From NCBI GenBank assembly GCA_034002865.1, contig JAVEZR010000004.1, positions 1-52,558 on the forward strand: DNA of 52,558 nt, given 5' to 3'. This stretch comes from Candidatus Dojkabacteria bacterium. Lineage in GTDB: Bacteria > Patescibacteriota > Dojkabacteria > SC72. The position numbers were made by a program, and so were the translations under genes. The notes under the pieces were generated by a model, which was not told the origin of the DNA, did no database searches, and was given only the letters and a program-made list of their open reading frames with translations. Every line of letters begins with the position of its first letter. The first letter of the stretch is position 1. Shown here piece by piece: positions 17,201 to 23,860 of the stretch.

Positions 17201-17622
17201 ACAGGACCTGCTAAACAACCAGAGAGGGCAATTATCCCCTCACTATATTTACTAAGTGTATCGAAATCTACCCTAGGTTTGTAGTAGAACCCTTCCATAT
17301 GAGCAATTGAAACAATCTTGATTAAGTTCTTGTATCCTGTAAGATTCTTAGCTAAAAGAACCATATGGTTGTACCTGTTATCTATCCCAAAATCCTTCTG
17401 TTGCATACCTCTTGGCGCGATATATATCTCGCATCCTAAGATTGCCTTAAGACCGGCCTCTTTCATTGCACTTTTAAACTTTAATACCCCATACATATTC
17501 CCATGATCAGTAAGGGCACAAGCCTTCATCCCATCATCTGAAATCTTTTTAACAAGTTCAGGTAAACGAATTGTCGCATCTAACAGAGAATACTCTGTAT
17601 GCAGATGTAAATGTGTAAACAT
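14230..17622 (-). CDS. dnaE: DNA polymerase III alpha subunit (DnaE)
   Basis: 1130 aa. PHP domain (FTHLHLHTEYSLLD), polymerase core (PDFDIDI, GLMKFDFLGLRNL, FNKAHSASYA) and a C-terminal OB region. Confidence 0.96.
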   Translation of the reverse strand: MFTHLHLHTEYSLLDATIRLPELVKKISDDGMKACALTDHGNMYGVLKFKSAMKEAGLKAILGCEIYIAPRGMQQKDFGIDNRYNHMVLLAKNLTGYKNLIKIVSIAHMEGFYYKPRVDFDTLSKYSEGIIALSGCLAGPVARPLLENNYDAALEAAKKYSELFKENFYIEIQRNGMEEQELVNDSLIKISTELNLPLVATCDSHYLNKEDAYIQEILWCINDGKSWDDPSRRKMATNEFYVKTQEEMKELFNDLPQAIENTQVITESIEDFDITFGRVEPHFLDLPEGEKSGTYLKRLALEGAKRKYGKVTKEIRERIAYELEIIDERRYNDYFLVVRDFVMFCRKNGIIVGMRGSGCGSVVAYCVDITDIEPMEWELYFERFLNPERDSPPDFDIDIADKRRNELLDYTIEKYGIDNVKQIGTFSKLQTRQAIKDVGRVLGVELAVTDKLAKMVEIVFGKAKGIDHMIEHNPEFAEIINSSEKTLELANIVRKVSGICRGTSTHACGIIVTPDPVINYCAIQRDSHGGGIGMTQFEMSDIEYVGLMKFDFLGLRNLNVIGEAITKVKVNRKRDIDLLTLDPNDKATFNLIKSGHTVGVFQLESEGMKRSIRGLQPETQEDICYLLAAYRPGPMQYISEYIAVKKGDQEPDYVFEELKPVLEVTNGVITYQEQVMKIAQIIAGYSLGTADILRRAMGKKKMDIMEKEKPKFLKGAKKNGFDPKETERLWDKLVQFANYGFNKAHSASYATIAYWTAYLKAHYPLEFMAALLEGDLDNFDRVIIDLNECERLGIDVLPPTINESKVFFTIEGDSGIRFGLGGIKNVGEDIVNSIVKERKENGSYKNLDDFIERTAHKGLQKRAIEYLIMCGSMDEFGDRAALLQIAPVIFERTKKSNSSKSMGQIDIFSLSQGEEYVPETSVTPLPEVEKAPRHQILQWEKDLLGLYFSSHPLDNLQEFFESKNVISVKEALEKKNRAVVILGVMVNKIRRITTKKGDMMAFLTVEDKSAITDIILFPQKYQEIKDVLEEGKPILIAASVNVKNNEKSLILEKAKYIDESKHGDNFQGVTFRIKPNHTEEEIKKLKEYISLSNGDVPVKIVVTDKGKNKAVILEKTIELNSDTKRWLRKF

Positions 17623-17645
17623 AAATTCAATAGCTCATCTAGTTC

Positions 17646-17654
17646 TGATATACT
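17646..17654 (+). promoter_or_regulatory. Extended -10 box (TGaTATACT) 8 nt upstream of ATG 17663
   Basis: TG at 17646-17647 and TATACT at 17649-17654. It lies in the 40-nt dnaE/17663 divergent gap and implies a leaderless or near-leaderless mRNA. Confidence 0.3.
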
Positions 17655-17662
17655 AGGTTAGT

Positions 17663-18397
17663 ATGGACAAGGGATACATTTCAAGTACAAGAGAAAAAAG
17701 GGTATGGAGAAACACTTTTAAAAAGTCTAACTTAATTAGAGGCTCTCTTATTTTACTTTCTTTTTTAATATACATCCTTTTAATATCCCCTACTGTAGAG
17801 AATTTAACTAAGTCTTTCATATTAAATGAAATACGAGCAAGTAAAGAGATAACGTTAAACTATCTAACCCCACTTTCTAACAGTGAGGTGTATGCACAAG
17901 ATTACAATATTAATACCCTCTCAACACCAGATCTGTTAAAGAAGGTAAACAGTAAAACTCAAATCTTAACAGAAGACCCAAGGATATTAGCAATGGAGAA
18001 GTTCCTCCTTTCTTATAACTCTCCAATGTATCCGTTTGCCAAGAATTTCATTGAAGAGGCAGACACGTACGGTTTAGATTGGAGGCTAGTAGTCTCTATC
18101 TCTGGTGTGGAATCTGCATTTGGGAATCTAATACCAAAAGGTACGAACAACGCCTGGGGCTGGAGAGGGGCAAATCCAACAGAGAGAGGATGGAGTCAAT
18201 TTGATACATGGGGACATGGTATAGCGGAGGTTACAAGAAGAATGGCCCTTGGATATGGTACTACTCTCACTCCTTTTCAAATAGAGGCTACATACTGTCC
18301 TCCTTGTGGTGAAAATCCTGCACATGCATGGGCAAACGGTGTTGCTAGATATATGAGAGAGTTAGATTACTATGTTGACAACTTAGATACTTTTTAA
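17663..18397 (+). CDS. Membrane-anchored lysozyme/transglycosylase-like protein (putative cell-wall hydrolase)
   Basis: 244 aa with an N-terminal TM. DWRLVVSISGVESAFGNLIPKGTNNAWGW resembles the Glu-Ser catalytic motif of lysozyme-like folds. The product call is tentative. Confidence 0.55.
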   Translation: MDKGYISSTREKRVWRNTFKKSNLIRGSLILLSFLIYILLISPTVENLTKSFILNEIRASKEITLNYLTPLSNSEVYAQDYNINTLSTPDLLKKVNSKTQILTEDPRILAMEKFLLSYNSPMYPFAKNFIEEADTYGLDWRLVVSISGVESAFGNLIPKGTNNAWGWRGANPTERGWSQFDTWGHGIAEVTRRMALGYGTTLTPFQIEATYCPPCGENPAHAWANGVARYMRELDYYVDNLDTF

Positions 18398-18409
18398 TAA
18401 AAGATATAT

Positions 18410-18700
18410 ATGCTTACATTCATTTTTAAAATTCTATATACGGTTACTACCTTCATTCAAACATTAATAGTGTTTAGGATAATACTGAAGGTAATAAATG
18501 CAGATTCAGCAAATTCATTAGTAAGTTGGGTGTACAATCTCTCTCAGAATTTTATAACTCCTTTTAATGGTATCGTTCCTGAGGAGATGGTTATTGATAA
18601 ATTCTCAATAGAGCTTACACCAATAGTTGCCTTAGTATTCTTCTCAATTGTTGGTTTTGTATTCTCTGAGCTAACAAAAGCGTTTAAACAAGCCAATTAA
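18410..18700 (+). CDS. YggT-family small membrane protein
   Basis: 96 aa with two TM segments. The LIVFRIILKVI...LVSWVYNLSQNFITPFNGIVP pattern resembles YggT. Confidence 0.55.
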   Translation: MLTFIFKILYTVTTFIQTLIVFRIILKVINADSANSLVSWVYNLSQNFITPFNGIVPEEMVIDKFSIELTPIVALVFFSIVGFVFSELTKAFKQAN

Positions 18701-18709
18701 TAGATATTG

Positions 18710-18718
18710 TGGTATAAT
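18710..18718 (+). promoter_or_regulatory. Extended -10 box (TGgTATAAT) 8 nt upstream of ATG 18727
   Basis: tgGTATAAT with TATAAT at 18713-18718. There is no room for a leader or a Shine-Dalgarno sequence. Confidence 0.35.
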
Positions 18719-18726
18719 AGCAACAT

Positions 18727-19461
18727 ATGGCTAGAATAGATTTAAAGCGATCCTCAGGATTGCCTCTTTTTTACAGTGGAGAAGAATTACAGCCCCAAGG
18801 ATTAACACTTTCAGGTACAACGACTGTTTGTATTGACGATATTCGTTCACAGCTTCTTAATGAAGATCTTAACTGTCCAGAAATATTCTATAAGAAGTAT
18901 AAAGATTTGGATAAGGATGAGGTATTTAAAAGTAAGAATCTAAAAATTAATATCTATCTTATCTTCCCCAACCTTGCTGGTATAGAGTATACAAAAACAT
19001 TTGCAACAAAGTGTCTTAAAAGACCAAGAATCTTAGAAGTAATATACGGAGGAGGAACAGTTTTACTTCAAAAGTATGACTCCCCTATTAAAAATAGAAT
19101 AATAAAATCACAGATAAAGAAAGGCCAAAAAATTATAGTACCTCAAGGATATACCTGTTCTATTGTTAATTCTAGACAAACATCTAACCTAATAGTGCTT
19201 GAATTAATATCAAGAGATGCATCTCCAAGAATAGTGCTTGATGACAGAGGAGGAATGGCCTATTATATTATTAGGAAAAATGCTAAACAGGAGATAGTAC
19301 GAAATCCTGAATACAAGATAGTAAATGATCCAGAGAAAGTAGATTGGGATACTGTCATCTCTAAGTATGGTATTACAGCAAAGACACCAATTGTAAAGCA
19401 AGTAATGAGAAAGTATGAGAAATTTGAATGGATATTTAAAGATAACTCAGTGGATATTTAG
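18727..19461 (+). CDS. Cupin-type glucose-6-phosphate-isomerase-like protein lacking the His metal ligands
   Basis: 244 aa. INIYLIFPNLAGIEYTKTFATKCLKRPRILEVIYGGGTVLLQK...KGQKIIVPQGYTCSIVN parallels the archaeal cupin PGI core (..G.E..T.GH.H......EVY....G.G..LLQ...PP..AH..VN), but there is no His in the ligand segment. Confidence 0.5.
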   Translation: MARIDLKRSSGLPLFYSGEELQPQGLTLSGTTTVCIDDIRSQLLNEDLNCPEIFYKKYKDLDKDEVFKSKNLKINIYLIFPNLAGIEYTKTFATKCLKRPRILEVIYGGGTVLLQKYDSPIKNRIIKSQIKKGQKIIVPQGYTCSIVNSRQTSNLIVLELISRDASPRIVLDDRGGMAYYIIRKNAKQEIVRNPEYKIVNDPEKVDWDTVISKYGITAKTPIVKQVMRKYEKFEWIFKDNSVDI

Positions 19462-21301
19462 CTTTCTTTTAGCCTTATTTTTTTCTTTATCCTTCTCTCC
19501 GCACAAGGCAGATGCATTAGATGGTTTTGATATCCAATCTGATTTTCATCATATATGGGATGGGCAGGAGATTAACTCAACTATCTATCTTACTATTACC
19601 ACTACTGCTAATCCTAGGGTCTTAACCTACTACACTGTGACAATTCCTGAAGAAAATCTTAGACCAGAGGTGTTCTCTATTACAAAAAATTCTAAACTAG
19701 AGCCTACATATTACGATAGGCAATCAGCTACCGATTTAGTTATTGATTTAGAGAATACATTAGTATCTAAAGAGAAACCTGTTACCCTGAAATTAACATA
19801 CAGTACAAAACACTCTCAAGAAACACTCTCCCTTATATCCTCTGTTAAAGATACAACCTCTAGAGGCTTTACATTCACATACCCTCACTCTCTTGGAGAT
19901 ATTGGCTGGAGCTCTACCCCTATTATTAACTTAACCCAGAAGGGTCAAAACATTGAGATTGAGACTGCACCTCCTAAAAGTAGTAAGGTGAGTATTTCTC
20001 TTGGAGATAAAATTATTTATCAATTTGCAATAAGTAGGAATTTAATAAATAGCAGTGATGAAATTATCTCCTCTGAAATAAGTATCCCACCAAGTACGAA
20101 TACACAAAAAATTCTTCTCATCAATGTACAACCTAAACCAAATAGAAGCTATAAAGATATAAATGGGAATTACATATTGCAGTATGAAATAGCACCGCAA
20201 AGTAATATTGCTGTCTCAATAGAGGGCTCCCTACAGATGGAAAAATCCATTTCTATAAATCCCTCTACACCAAGGATAGAGACAAAGAATCTTTGGGAGC
20301 TTAAAGATACTGATTTAGAAAAAAGAGTAAATAAATGGCTGAAGGATTCTGGTCTTACAGATACTGATATAGAGAGTATATACGATATAAAGAGTGAATC
20401 TAGACAGCAGATGATATACAAAGAGCTGTATCAATTTGTAATTAAGAACTTACAGCCAAATACATTAACAATAGGATCTCTCACTGGTTCCGTAAGATTA
20501 GGAGGGGAAAGAGCATTAAGTGAACAAGCTGACTCAACAAGTGAAGATTATGCAGATGCTATGATAACGCTCTTTAGATACTTCGATATACCTGCAAGGC
20601 TTGTAATAGGGTATGTAACAAATATATCTGACTATCACCCAGATGGTATGTATCATTACTGGGTTGAGTATTTTGATTTACAAAAAAAAGATTGGATACA
20701 GGTAGATCCATTCCTTGAAGATTACTCTAATACATCTCTTTGGTCACGACCACTACCAGATCATATATCACTTCTGTTTAGATATGATAATCCTAATACT
20801 CCTAAACTCCCATATTACACAGAAAATGATTTTAAAATTAGTATACAGGAGAGTACACCAGAACCTGTATACAGCATGAACGCAGATATCTTTCTTAAGC
20901 CTTACAATGTTCTTAACTCACATTTACAAGGCTCTATACGCATAGAAAACAGTGGTAATACAGTATTAGATTCCATTAACTTTGTTAAATCAAAACCTAA
21001 TCTTAATCTGTATACCGACTATATAGAGAACAACAGTAGTACAATACTACTCCCTGGAGATATAACTGAGATACAGTTTAATATCCCATCTGACAAGATA
21101 GAGTCACCCCTCTATGCTGTACTAAGTGCTCAAAGTGGAACAGAGCTTACAAATGAGGAGTATCTAGAAACAGAGATAGACTTAATTGAGGATAGTACAC
21201 TCTTAAATATTCTTTCTAAGATTTTCTCAATCTTAATATATATAGCAATGGCAATACCTATGTATTTCTTAATTAAAAAATTTACGAATAGAAATGGATA
21301 A
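19415..21301 (+). CDS. Transglutaminase-like-domain envelope protein (Cys position occupied by Ser), N-signal + C-terminal TM
   Basis: 628 aa. Signal peptide (IFSFLLALFFSLSFSPHKADA). Core TSEDYADAMITLFRYFDIPARLVIGYV...HYWVEYFDLQKKDWIQVDP. C-terminal TM + basic tail. It overlaps the upstream gene by 47 nt and the downstream gene by 8 nt. Confidence 0.7.
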   Translation: MRNLNGYLKITQWIFSFLLALFFSLSFSPHKADALDGFDIQSDFHHIWDGQEINSTIYLTITTTANPRVLTYYTVTIPEENLRPEVFSITKNSKLEPTYYDRQSATDLVIDLENTLVSKEKPVTLKLTYSTKHSQETLSLISSVKDTTSRGFTFTYPHSLGDIGWSSTPIINLTQKGQNIEIETAPPKSSKVSISLGDKIIYQFAISRNLINSSDEIISSEISIPPSTNTQKILLINVQPKPNRSYKDINGNYILQYEIAPQSNIAVSIEGSLQMEKSISINPSTPRIETKNLWELKDTDLEKRVNKWLKDSGLTDTDIESIYDIKSESRQQMIYKELYQFVIKNLQPNTLTIGSLTGSVRLGGERALSEQADSTSEDYADAMITLFRYFDIPARLVIGYVTNISDYHPDGMYHYWVEYFDLQKKDWIQVDPFLEDYSNTSLWSRPLPDHISLLFRYDNPNTPKLPYYTENDFKISIQESTPEPVYSMNADIFLKPYNVLNSHLQGSIRIENSGNTVLDSINFVKSKPNLNLYTDYIENNSSTILLPGDITEIQFNIPSDKIESPLYAVLSAQSGTELTNEEYLETEIDLIEDSTLLNILSKIFSILIYIAMAIPMYFLIKKFTNRNG

Positions 21302-21710
21302 TAGCATATTACTTACAGTAACTATTGTAGTTTTAATAGTACTCCTTGTTATAATGGCAAGATACAACAGTAAGCGTGTACCTGTTGAAAAAAAGAGTAA
21401 GATATTAAAAAAGCTAGATGATTTAAGAGAGCAAAGCGAAAGTGATGAAATGTATGCAAGACGAGATGCTATTATTAAACTAGATAATCTCTTAAGTAAA
21501 TCATTACAGATTAGATATAGCAATGAAAGTAGCTGTGGGGATAATCTTAAGAATGCTAAAACTCTCTTTAGAAAAGATTACTACCAAGATATTTGGGATG
21601 TTCATAAATTAAGGAATGAGATAGTACACAAAGATGCAGATGTAAGCTATGATAGTGCACAACAGGCATATAAGATATATAAAATGGCTATAACAAAAAT
21701 ATTAAAATGA
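21294..21710 (+). CDS. TM-anchored small protein with Rx4H (HEPN/DUF4145-like) motif
   Basis: 138 aa. N-terminal TM (ILLTVTIVVLIVLLVIMA), then a helical domain ending in WDVHKLRNEIVHKDADVSYDSAQQAYKIY. The R-N-E-I-V-H codons lie at 21612-21629. Confidence 0.5.
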   Translation: MDNSILLTVTIVVLIVLLVIMARYNSKRVPVEKKSKILKKLDDLREQSESDEMYARRDAIIKLDNLLSKSLQIRYSNESSCGDNLKNAKTLFRKDYYQDIWDVHKLRNEIVHKDADVSYDSAQQAYKIYKMAITKILK

Positions 21711-22339
21711 AATACCTAAAGATATTACTCCTACCAATACTTTTCTTCTCCTTAACAACAATCCTTTCTGCTCAAGATCAAGAGGTAGTTGTTGATAAAG
21801 ATGTCGCAAAGAGTGAATCATTACCCATTGTAAATGAAAATCCTGAGAAGAAAACAGTAACTAGTAAGAATAACTACTTTGAATTAGAGCTAATCAGAGG
21901 AACACAGAGTGCTCTTACTAAAAATATCCCATATACCCTATACATAACTCCTAAAATAGACTCTCAGAAGACTCAAATACTTTGGGAAGTACCATCTACG
22001 ATATTAGTAAAAAGATCACATAAGGAGTTTGTGAGCCTAAATAAGGATGAAACATATAAATTCAAGATAAATGTAGACCCACAAAGAGCAGGAACATACG
22101 ATGTATCTGCAAGTGTAATATCATGGCAATATGATACAAACTATACCAACAGTGTAAGCTCAACAGTTACATTGAGTGATAACCTTGTGGTACAGCCTGT
22201 TGATTCTGAATACTCTGTAAGTATTATGCTAATGGTAGCTCTTGTAGTTATACTAGCAGGTATTGGAGTATTTCTACTTTATAAAGCCTCTGGGAAATTG
22301 ATTAAAAAGCTTAAACTGTGGCTTACTCCACCTTTTTAA
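21707..22339 (+). CDS. Secreted beta-sandwich-like protein with C-terminal TM anchor (hypothetical)
   Basis: 210 aa with a signal peptide (LLLPILFFSLTTILSAQD) and a C-terminal TM (IMLMVALVVILAGIGVFLLY) + basic tail. The start overlaps the previous stop (ATGA). Confidence 0.6.
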   Translation: MKYLKILLLPILFFSLTTILSAQDQEVVVDKDVAKSESLPIVNENPEKKTVTSKNNYFELELIRGTQSALTKNIPYTLYITPKIDSQKTQILWEVPSTILVKRSHKEFVSLNKDETYKFKINVDPQRAGTYDVSASVISWQYDTNYTNSVSSTVTLSDNLVVQPVDSEYSVSIMLMVALVVILAGIGVFLLYKASGKLIKKLKLWLTPPF

Positions 22340-22634
22340 GTAAATCCTTTAAAGTATCTAACTCTTTACCTAGCTCCTCTTGCTTACGTAATATCCTATA
22401 CAGCTGATCTGAGATCTTTACCTCCTCTGTTACTGATGAGAGAAAATAGCCTACCGGTTTTTTTAGAACCTCTGATATTTTCTTTAATATCTCTAAATTG
22501 GGATATGATCTGGATGATTCATATGAACTAATTGTCTTATCCGAAAGCCCTATGCTTAATCCAAGACTCCTTTGAGACAGGCCTGTTTCTAATCTAGCAC
22601 TCTTTAATTTCCCCCCGAACTCTTTTGTTGACAT
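22323..22634 (-). CDS. XRE-family helix-turn-helix transcriptional regulator
   Basis: LKSARLETGLSQRSLGLSIGLSDKTISSYESSRSYPNLEILKKISEVLKKPVGYF is a classic Cro/C1 HTH. It has a C-terminal coiled tail. Its 3' end overlaps the convergent gene by 17 nt. Confidence 0.82.
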   Translation of the reverse strand: MSTKEFGGKLKSARLETGLSQRSLGLSIGLSDKTISSYESSRSYPNLEILKKISEVLKKPVGYFLSSVTEEVKISDQLYRILRKQEELGKELDTLKDLLKKVE

Positions 22635-22635
22635 A

Positions 22636-23187
22636 CTACTTAACTATCATATTAAAGATATTTTTTAATATATCCATTACACTTTTCTTTTCTATCTCAT
22701 TTCTCTCTTTAGCTCTTACAGTACCATATACATCAAAGCCCTCTTCATATTTCTGTATCTGAGATGGTAGATTGTATGGATTCTGTAGCTGCTCTCTAAG
22801 CTCTATTATAATGTTATTTCTCTCGTTTAATAACATTTGACTCTCATCAATTTGCTTACCTAAATCTACTACCTGCTGGGCTAGTTTTTTCTCATTGATT
22901 TGGCTACTCCTAAGTTCATTCTCTACTCCCTTTATCCTTTGAGCATCCTCTATAATATCCTTATGCTCTTGAGATTCTAAAAGCTTAATACGAATCTCAT
23001 CCTCACTTAGTGGACTATATTTATAATATGCATTTTCTCTACTACTTGGTTTTCTTCCAAGTATTAATTCATATATCTGCTCTATCATCGGAATTCTAGA
23101 AGAAGGTATACCTCTAAAGCTACCTCCCGAGTTTGAACTGTAATCATCATTTTTGTCTTTAAAGAAATCTTCCCCTCCTTTAATCAT
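22636..23187 (-). CDS. DUF4214-like + coiled-coil protein (hypothetical)
   Basis: 183 aa. IEQIYELILGRKPSSRENAYYKY resembles the DUF4214 signature. It is followed by a roughly 90-aa heptad-rich segment. It lies 1 nt upstream of the XRE gene. Confidence 0.5.
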   Translation of the reverse strand: MIKGGEDFFKDKNDDYSSNSGGSFRGIPSSRIPMIEQIYELILGRKPSSRENAYYKYSPLSEDEIRIKLLESQEHKDIIEDAQRIKGVENELRSSQINEKKLAQQVVDLGKQIDESQMLLNERNNIIIELREQLQNPYNLPSQIQKYEEGFDVYGTVRAKERNEIEKKSVMDILKNIFNMIVK

Positions 23188-23247
23188 ACCTAATTATACC
23201 TTACAAAGAGGAAAATTACACCAAAACACACATTGCTGATATCAATC

Positions 23248-23323
23248 TGGAGCGGGAGACGGGACTCGAACCCGCAACCCTCTGTTTGGAAAACAGATAT
23301 TCTAACCATTGAACTACTCCCGC
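23248..23323 (-). tRNA. tRNA-Gly (anticodon UCC), CCA encoded
   Basis: Minus-strand fold: GCGGGAG/CTCCCGC acceptor, D arm GTTC-AATGGTTA-GAAT, anticodon stem TCTGT/ACAGA with loop TTTCCAA, T arm GCGGG-TTCGAGT-CCCGT, discriminator U + CCA. Length 76 nt. Confidence 0.9.
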
Positions 23324-23334
23324 TTGAGTAGATT

Positions 23335-23760
23335 TTACTCTACAGTTTCCTCTTCTACAACCTCTTGCTCTTCTCCTACTGTAGGAACTTCTATCTCATC
23401 TGTAAGATATACATCCTTAAGCAAACCAACCTTTAAAGCTCTCCTTCCAACCCTATCTCTAAGGTAGAACAGTTTAGATCTTTTAACAGTACCTCTTTTA
23501 ACAACCTCCATCTTCTCTAAAAGATTTGATTGTAAAGGTATTACTCTCTCTACACCTACTCCGTAAGATATCTTCCTTACAGTAATTGTTCTATTTGCTC
23601 CTGTAGCTTTCATACCGATAACTACACCCTCAAATATCTGTATCCTTTCCTTGTTCCCCTCTCTAATCTTCATATGTAATCTAACAGTATCTCCAACCCT
23701 TGCATCAGGTCTTTTCTTACTATCTGCCCCCTCTATTATCTTTGTAATCTTTGTATCCAT
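23335..23760 (-). CDS. rplS: 50S ribosomal protein L19
   Basis: From ATG 23760: MDTKITKIIEG...RPDARVGDTVRLHMKIREGNKERIQIFEGVVIGMKATGANRTITVRKISYGVGVERVIPLQSNLLEKMEVV is canonical L19, with an acidic roughly 25-aa C-terminal tail. The track's longer ORF (to 24069) is a spurious upstream extension overlapping gpmI. Confidence 0.9.
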   Translation of the reverse strand: MDTKITKIIEGADSKKRPDARVGDTVRLHMKIREGNKERIQIFEGVVIGMKATGANRTITVRKISYGVGVERVIPLQSNLLEKMEVVKRGTVKRSKLFYLRDRVGRRALKVGLLKDVYLTDEIEVPTVGEEQEVVEEETVE

Positions 23761-23860
23761 ATCATTTGTTGTAATATATAAAAAGCATAAATATAAATAT
23801 GCATCGGCTATTATAGAATAATTTCCGAAATTATGCCACAATGTATAATTAAAAACTGCC

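Noticed and set aside
20682-20689. Homopolymer tracts as slipped-strand phase-variation switches (A8 at 20682-20689 in the transglutaminase-like gene; A7 at about 1577-1583 near the 5' end of the 806-aa gene)
   Set aside because: Tracts of 7-8 A are common in a genome this AT-rich and are shorter than typical contingency-locus tracts. No evidence of variation is available from a single sequence.
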